Of a stretch of DNA of 64,000 nt, positions 59,180 to 64,000 are shown in pieces; within the stretch, counting starts at the first letter, position 1; every line of letters begins with the position of its first letter. This stretch comes from an uncultured Collinsella sp. (GTDB lineage: Bacteria > Actinomycetota > Coriobacteriia > Coriobacteriales > Coriobacteriaceae). The stretch spans positions 22,003 to 86,002 of the forward strand of contig CALKKS010000006.1 in assembly GCA_937995345.1 (NCBI GenBank), in the 5' to 3' direction. Both the position numbers and the translations under genes were made by a program. The notes under the pieces were generated by a model that was not told the origin of the DNA, ran no database searches, and was given only the letters and a program-made list of their open reading frames with translations.

Positions 59180-61069
59180 CTAGGCCTTGGCAGCCTCGGC
59201 GTCGGCAGGAGCCTCGGCGGCAGCGGCGCGACCGTACTCGGCCTTGCCCATCTCGGACCACTCGGGCTCCTCGTCGGGCATGGAACCGGCCTCCTTGCCG
59301 AAGAACTCCTTGAGGCAGTTGACGGCGACGATGAGGCCCAGGACCATCAGCAGGACGGCAAAGACGAGCTGCAGGCCCTTGGTAGCGGCAACGGAGACGG
59401 CGGCCGTGGTGGCGGTAGCCGGGATGGTGCCGAAGAAGCCGTAAGCCTGGACGGCGGTCATGCAGCCCATGGCGCTCTGGACCAGCGAGGTGAAGGTGCA
59501 GCAGAGCAGGAAGGCGACGGGCACGTAGAGCATCCAACCCTTGCGGCCAGTGCACTTGCAGAACACGGCGAGGGTGATCATGGTCATACCGCCGAGCAGC
59601 TGGTTGGAAGCACCAAAGAGCGGCCAGATGTTGGCATAGCCACCAAAGGCGAGGGCGAGGCCGGGAAGCAGGGTAACGACCGTGGCGAACCAGGGGTTGC
59701 CGAGGACCTTCATGTAGCCGGCCTTGGACTCGATGGCCAGGGCATCGTTAGTCTGGGCAAAGAACTCGGAGAACGAGGTGCGAGCGATGCGGGCGACGGC
59801 GTCGAGCGAGGTCAGGGCCAGAGCGGAGACGTTCATGGTCATGAAGACGGTAGCGAGTGTGCCGTCAACACCGAAGGCCTGCATACCGCGGGAGATGCCA
59901 GCGGCGAAGATCTGGAACGGGGTGGAAGCGACACCGGCGTTGAGGGCGCCCGTACCGGCGGTGTTCATGTCGGAGAACATGATGCCGGCGACGATGATGG
60001 CAAGGATGCCGACGAAGGACTCGACGATCATAGCGCCGTAACCGACCTTGACGGCGTCCTGCTCCTTCTCGACCTGCTTGGAGGAGGTACCAGAAGAAAC
60101 GAGGCTGTGGAAACCGGAGAGAGCGCCGCAAGCAACGGAGACAAACAGGACCGGGAACATCATGCCGGAGGCACCAGAGAAGCCGGTGAAGACCGGAGCG
60201 GTCATCGTAGCCTGGCCGTTAGCACCCAGGACAACGATGCCGAGGACAGCGCAGGCGATCATGACGATCATCATGATGGAAGTGAGGTAGTCACGAGGGG
60301 TCTTGAGCATCTGGATGGGCATAGCGCCAGCGAAGACCAGGTAGACCATGACGACGGCGAACCACTGGAACTTGTCCAGGTAGACCGGGAACTGCATACC
60401 GACGGCAAACATGAGAACCATGAGCACCACGCCGGTAACGAACTCGGCGGCACCGGTGAGGTCGAACTTCTTCTGGGCCCAACCAAAGGCCATGGCGACG
60501 AAGGTGAACAGGATGGAGATGGTACCAGCACAGCCGGCGGCATAAGACTTGGTGAAGTCGATGGCACCGGTAGCAGCACCAGAAGCGTCAACGGCCGGGG
60601 TGAACATGAACGTCTTGCAGACCATGTCGGTGAAAGCGGCGATGACGATGATGCAGAACAGCCAGCAGAACAGCAGGAACAGGCGACGGCCGGTCTTGCC
60701 GATGTACTTCTCGATGAGCTGAGCGAGCGACTTGCCGTTGTTCTTCATCGAAGCGTACAGGGCGCCGAAGTCGTGGACGGCACCAAAGAAGATGCCGCCG
60801 ACGAGGACCCAGAGCACGACGGGCAACCAGCCAAAGGCCATGGCGACGATCGTACCCGTGACAGGGCCAGCACCGCAGATCGAGCTGAACTGGTGCGAGA
60901 ACGCGGTGAAGGCGGAGACGGGCGAGAAGCTCTTGCCGTCCTTCATGCGCTTGGCCGGCGTGAGAGCCTCTTTGTCAACGCCCCACTTGTTGGCCAACCA
61001 GCGGCCGTAGCCCAGATAGCCGCAGGCGAGCACCGCCGCAGCCACAACCATGAGCAAAACTCCGTTCAT
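59180..61069 (-). CDS. cstA: carbon starvation protein CstA-family transporter
   Basis: 629-aa polytopic protein beginning MNGVLLMVVAAAVLACGYLGYGRWLANKWGVD, with a CstA-like N-terminus and length. The RBS is GAGGAGGA. Confidence 0.88.
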   Translation of the reverse strand: MNGVLLMVVAAAVLACGYLGYGRWLANKWGVDKEALTPAKRMKDGKSFSPVSAFTAFSHQFSSICGAGPVTGTIVAMAFGWLPVVLWVLVGGIFFGAVHDFGALYASMKNNGKSLAQLIEKYIGKTGRRLFLLFCWLFCIIVIAAFTDMVCKTFMFTPAVDASGAATGAIDFTKSYAAGCAGTISILFTFVAMAFGWAQKKFDLTGAAEFVTGVVLMVLMFAVGMQFPVYLDKFQWFAVVMVYLVFAGAMPIQMLKTPRDYLTSIMMIVMIACAVLGIVVLGANGQATMTAPVFTGFSGASGMMFPVLFVSVACGALSGFHSLVSSGTSSKQVEKEQDAVKVGYGAMIVESFVGILAIIVAGIMFSDMNTAGTGALNAGVASTPFQIFAAGISRGMQAFGVDGTLATVFMTMNVSALALTSLDAVARIARTSFSEFFAQTNDALAIESKAGYMKVLGNPWFATVVTLLPGLALAFGGYANIWPLFGASNQLLGGMTMITLAVFCKCTGRKGWMLYVPVAFLLCCTFTSLVQSAMGCMTAVQAYGFFGTIPATATTAAVSVAATKGLQLVFAVLLMVLGLIVAVNCLKEFFGKEAGSMPDEEPEWSEMGKAEYGRAAAAEAPADAEAAKA

Positions 61070-61104
61070 TACATTTCCTCCTCTAAAAAGAACTACTCAG
61101 ACAT

Positions 61105-61143
61105 AAAAAATGAGGGCCGTCGGTTGCGCTCGACGGCCCTCAT
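61105..61143 (-). promoter_or_regulatory. terminator-like hairpin in the 5-prime region of cstA
   Basis: On the minus strand the stem atgagggccgtcg/cgacggccctcat is followed by TTTTTT. The run ends about 35 nt before the cstA ATG. Confidence 0.5.
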
Positions 61144-61437
61144 CTTCATCAGCCGCCCGTTATCGTACGGGCTAGCTGTATGTGCTAACCCGCATCAGAT
61201 AATTACTACGCTGATAATGTTTAGCTGATGCGTGAACATGTCTAAGAAATCCTCTTCAATCATGATGCGAACGATCCGTGCGGTTCACATCCCCCAGTGG
61301 ATGAAACGCAGTATGAAACTTTAGTTACCTAAAGTCAACGCAAATTTGTAATGAATTTTCAACTTTTTTTGAATTTCTCGGTATAAAACGCCAGTGACCT
61401 CGGACTTTATCCTGCGACAGTTTTTGCATGAGGGATG

Positions 61438-61588
61438 TCCCTGCGCGCTGCGGGAGCCGGGCGGCACATATGAACTTTCCTGCTCTACAGTCCTGCGCAA
61501 GACGGAAAGCACATTAAGTGCTTTCCTTTGCGTGCGGAACTCGCGATAAAGTTCATATGTGCCGCCCGGCTCCCGCAGCGCGCAGGGA
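61438..61588 (-). repeat. nested hairpin element, family A, copy 3 (inverted relative to copies 1 and 2)
   Basis: Perfect 41-bp outer arms (61438-61478 and 61548-61588) around a 69-nt core. The inner hairpin is ggaaagcac-TTAAT-gtgctttcc when read on the minus strand. Confidence 0.9.
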
Positions 61589-61655
61589 CTCCCATCCCAA
61601 ATCTCAACTCTGTTATCATAATTACGATAATATCCTGATAGCTCAGGAGGTAGCT

Positions 61656-61931
61656 GTGAATATTAGGCCAGTCTCAGATCTTAGAAATCACTACCCGGAC
61701 GTTGAACGCGAAGTCGAACAAGAGGGTCCGGTTTTTCTAACTAAAAACGGGCGGGGCTCTATGGTCGTCATGAGCTTTGAGCAGTACAAGTCGCTGAGCA
61801 ATACAATCGAGAGCGCCCTTGATGCCGCTGATCGTCAGGCCGCCAGCATGCATCTTCGCTATACACACGACGATGTCTTTGGCTCTGTCAGAAAAATGCT
61901 CAACGGCAGTCTCGATGAACAGGCCCTATAA
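61656..61931 (+). CDS. type II antitoxin, Phd/YefM-like
   Basis: The GTG at 61656 follows CAGGAGG. The peptide begins VNIRPVSDLRNHYPDVEREVEQEGPVFLTKNGRGSMVVMSFEQY. Confidence 0.75.
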   Translation: MNIRPVSDLRNHYPDVEREVEQEGPVFLTKNGRGSMVVMSFEQYKSLSNTIESALDAADRQAASMHLRYTHDDVFGSVRKMLNGSLDEQAL

Positions 61932-62229
61932 GCTCCGCTATCTTCCCCTATTTTGGGAGGACCTCAGCCAAGCAGCGTCATATATCGCCTTTGATCTCAA
62001 TAACCCCGCTGCAGCAAATAGGCTTGTCGACAATGTTGAAGCAGGCATACTCGAACATCTCAAGAATCCAACCATGTCACCAACATACCCTTCGACAAGA
62101 AGGCGGTTGCACCCGTATTACCGCTTCTACGTTGGCAACTACATGGTTTTTTATGTCGTCATCGACGACGTTATGGAAGTCCGCCGACTGCTATATAAGA
62201 GACGAGATATTGAGTCGATTATCAGGTAG
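61915..62229 (+). CDS. type II toxin, RelE/ParE superfamily
   Basis: 104 aa overlapping the antitoxin by 17 nt. Contains ...YRFYVGNYMVFYVVIDDVMEVRRLLYKRRD. Confidence 0.75.
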   Translation: MNRPYKLRYLPLFWEDLSQAASYIAFDLNNPAAANRLVDNVEAGILEHLKNPTMSPTYPSTRRRLHPYYRFYVGNYMVFYVVIDDVMEVRRLLYKRRDIESIIR

Positions 62230-62331
62230 GTTTCTTTCAGCTAAAGAACGCCGGAAATTCGACGCAGACTGGCTAACCTTGCTGGACGTTGTCGACGCCG
62301 ATCCAGCTCATAAGCCATATCGATACAGAAA

Positions 62332-62488
62332 GGTCCCCGGCGCCGCCCGGGCGCCAACGGCCGCATATGAACTTTATCGCGAGTTCCGCACGAACAGGAG
62401 GCCACTTAATGTGGCCTCCGTCGTGAGCAGGACTGTAGAGCAGGAAAGTTCATATGCGGCCGTTGGCGCACGGGCAGCGCCGGGGACC
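62332..62488 (+). repeat. nested hairpin element, family A, copy 2
   Basis: 44-bp outer arms (62332-62375 and 62445-62488) with 2 mismatches, around a 69-nt core. The inner hairpin is ggaggccac-TTAAT-gtggcctcc. It ends 12 nt from the tsaD stop. Confidence 0.9.
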
Positions 62489-62500
62489 GCGCCTTTGCGA

Positions 62501-64000
62501 CTACAGTGTCATGTTCGGATCGGCGTCGACGTCGAACGGCGAGATTTCTCCTCGGTCGAATTTACGGCGGGCGACCTCCGCGATCATGGCGGCGTTGTCG
62601 GTGCATGCCGAGAGAGGCGGCACCGTCACGCGGATGCCTTGGCGCCCGAGCTTCTTGATCATCATCTCGCGCAGATGCGGGTTAGCCGAAACGCCGCCGC
62701 CGATGCAGTATTCCTTGCATCCGGTGGCATGCAGCGCGTTCTTGGCCTTCTTGTACTGAACGTCAAAGACCGCAGCCTCGAACGAAGCCGCCAGGTCGGG
62801 CAGATGAATCGTACGCCCGGCTTTGGTCTCCTGCTCAATGTAGAGCGTCACGGCCGTCTTAAGGCCCGAAAGCGAGAATCGATAGTCTCCCCTACTATTG
62901 AGCGCACGGGGGAAGTCAATCGCGCGGGGATTGCCCGTCTCGGCCAGCTTGGAGATGATGGGGCCGCCGGGATAGCCCAGACCCAGCGCCTTAGCCACCT
63001 TGTCGAAGGCCTCACCCACGGCGTCGTCGAGCGTCTCGCCGAGCACCTCGTAGTCGCCCCACGCCTTGACGTGAACAAGCATGGTATGACCGCCCGAGAC
63101 GAGTGTGAAGATAAACGGCGGCTTGAGATCGGGCTGCGCCAGCAGGTTGGCGAACAGATGACCTTCCAGATGGTTGACGCACACGAGCGGTTTACCGGCG
63201 GCATAGGCAAAGCCCTTGGCAAAGGCGACGCCCACCACCAGAGCACCCACCAGGCCCGGACCCTGTGTCACGCCAACAGCGGCGAGTTCGCTCGGCGCGA
63301 TGGCTCCGCCCTCAAGACCAAGCGATACCGCGGCATCCTCGAGCGCCGCGTCCACGACGCTCACGATGACCTCAACGTGCTTGCGCGAAGCGATCTCGGG
63401 CACTACGCCGCCAAAACGGGCATGAAAATCGATCTGCGTCGAAACCTGATTGGCCAGCATATTGCCGTCCGCATCGATAATCGCCACAGCCGTCTCATCG
63501 CACGAGCTCTCGATGGCAAGCACCAGGCGACGGCGCTCAATTTCGGCGCGTTCCTCAACGGTGCGCTCGGGTGCAGGTAGCGGCCATACACGCTGCTCAG
63601 CCGCCGTCGGCTCCGGCGAAGCGTTGTCGACCGGGAGCACCAAGGGCAGCGGTGCCGTCATGATAAAGGCATCTTTGCCAACACCGTAGTAACCGCGGCG
63701 GCAGCCCGCCTCGGTAAAGCCCAGGGAGGCATAGAGCGCAATAGCGCCCTCGTTGCCATCCTCAACCTCGAGCGATGCTGTCGTACAGCCGAGCATCTGG
63801 GCATCGTAGCTCACATGCGACAGCAGCTTGCGGGCAATACCCTCGCGGCGATGCTTCGGGTCGACGGCAACATCCAGAATCTGTACGTCGCCGTCTACGA
63901 CCATGCCACCGGCAAGCCCCAGCAGCTGACCGTCGTCGTGCGCCACCCACCAGCTGCGCGGCGCCGCAACATCCTCGCCCAGCTCGGACAGGAACATGCC
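62501..64000 (-). CDS. tsaD: RimI-like N-acetyltransferase fused to tRNA t6A synthase TsaD (5-prime end probably outside the window)
   Basis: The N-terminal part carries a GNAT motif (ILDVAVDPKHRREGIARKLL). The C-terminal part is TsaD (LAIESSCDETAVAI...GVTQGPGLVGAL.VG...VNHLEGH). The GNAT part starts mid-domain at the window edge. Confidence 0.85.
   Translation of the reverse strand, partial: GMFLSELGEDVAAPRSWWVAHDDGQLLGLAGGMVVDGDVQILDVAVDPKHRREGIARKLLSHVSYDAQMLGCTTASLEVEDGNEGAIALYASLGFTEAGCRRGYYGVGKDAFIMTAPLPLVLPVDNASPEPTAAEQRVWPLPAPERTVEERAEIERRRLVLAIESSCDETAVAIIDADGNMLANQVSTQIDFHARFGGVVPEIASRKHVEVIVSVVDAALEDAAVSLGLEGGAIAPSELAAVGVTQGPGLVGALVVGVAFAKGFAYAAGKPLVCVNHLEGHLFANLLAQPDLKPPFIFTLVSGGHTMLVHVKAWGDYEVLGETLDDAVGEAFDKVAKALGLGYPGGPIISKLAETGNPRAIDFPRALNSRGDYRFSLSGLKTAVTLYIEQETKAGRTIHLPDLAASFEAAVFDVQYKKAKNALHATGCKEYCIGGGVSANPHLREMMIKKLGRQGIRVTVPPLSACTDNAAMIAEVARRKFDRGEISPFDVDADPNMTL

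Noticed and set aside
55731-62500. Calling the whole tRNA-Gln-proximal region a genomic island or prophage.
   Set aside because: No integrase, recombinase or phage genes are present, cstA is ordinary housekeeping cargo, and only a short att-like scar exists. I report the scar and the individual oddities separately.

Overview
High-GC, densely coding chromosomal window that looks like a Gram-positive Actinomycetota genome (Coriobacteriia-like; the taxon is a guess I cannot verify). Most genes are on the minus strand. I saw no rRNA, CRISPR-cas, transposase, integrase or phage genes. In the ORF track a leading M can stand for GTG or TTG, so several starts were re-chosen using RBS and overlap logic.

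Content in order:
- mazG, a YfcE-like phosphoesterase and an orphan LarC C-terminal half.
- A fused CydD/CydC-like ABC exporter, translationally coupled to a YgbA-like Cys-rich protein.
- A complete histidine regulon: a HisZ-HisG fusion, then hisD-C-B-H-A-F-I, a 75-aa ORF and hisE, with a convergent PHP histidinol phosphatase.
- Three paralogous mannose-family PTS loci with SIS-domain (FrlB/GfrE-like) enzymes. An MFS and a DMT transporter sit between them, and two GntR regulators follow.
- Phosphoketolase with a LacI regulator and tandem operators.
- murB, a coiled-coil cell-wall hydrolase and galE.
- malQ-glgP, a sugar ABC operon, a GntR regulator and a PTS EIICB fused to a Cof-type HAD phosphatase.
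- A polyprenyl synthase, a PG-binding protein and tRNA-Gln.
- A degenerate repeat patchwork, an orphan JetD-like Toprim protein, cstA, a Phd/RelE toxin-antitoxin pair and a RimI-TsaD fusion.

The most unusual signals are non-coding or architectural:
- A family of nested long hairpin elements with a conserved core, compensatory stem changes and copy-specific perfect outer arms. Two inverted copies bracket the toxin-antitoxin pair.
- A strictly phased array of eight alternating-orientation copies of ATCTGTAACA between convergent terminators.
- Two apparently perfect identity tracts (about 1.03 kb and 0.87 kb) embedded in otherwise diverged PTS/SIS paralogs.
- The stand-alone JetD-like protein with a very long charged low-complexity region.
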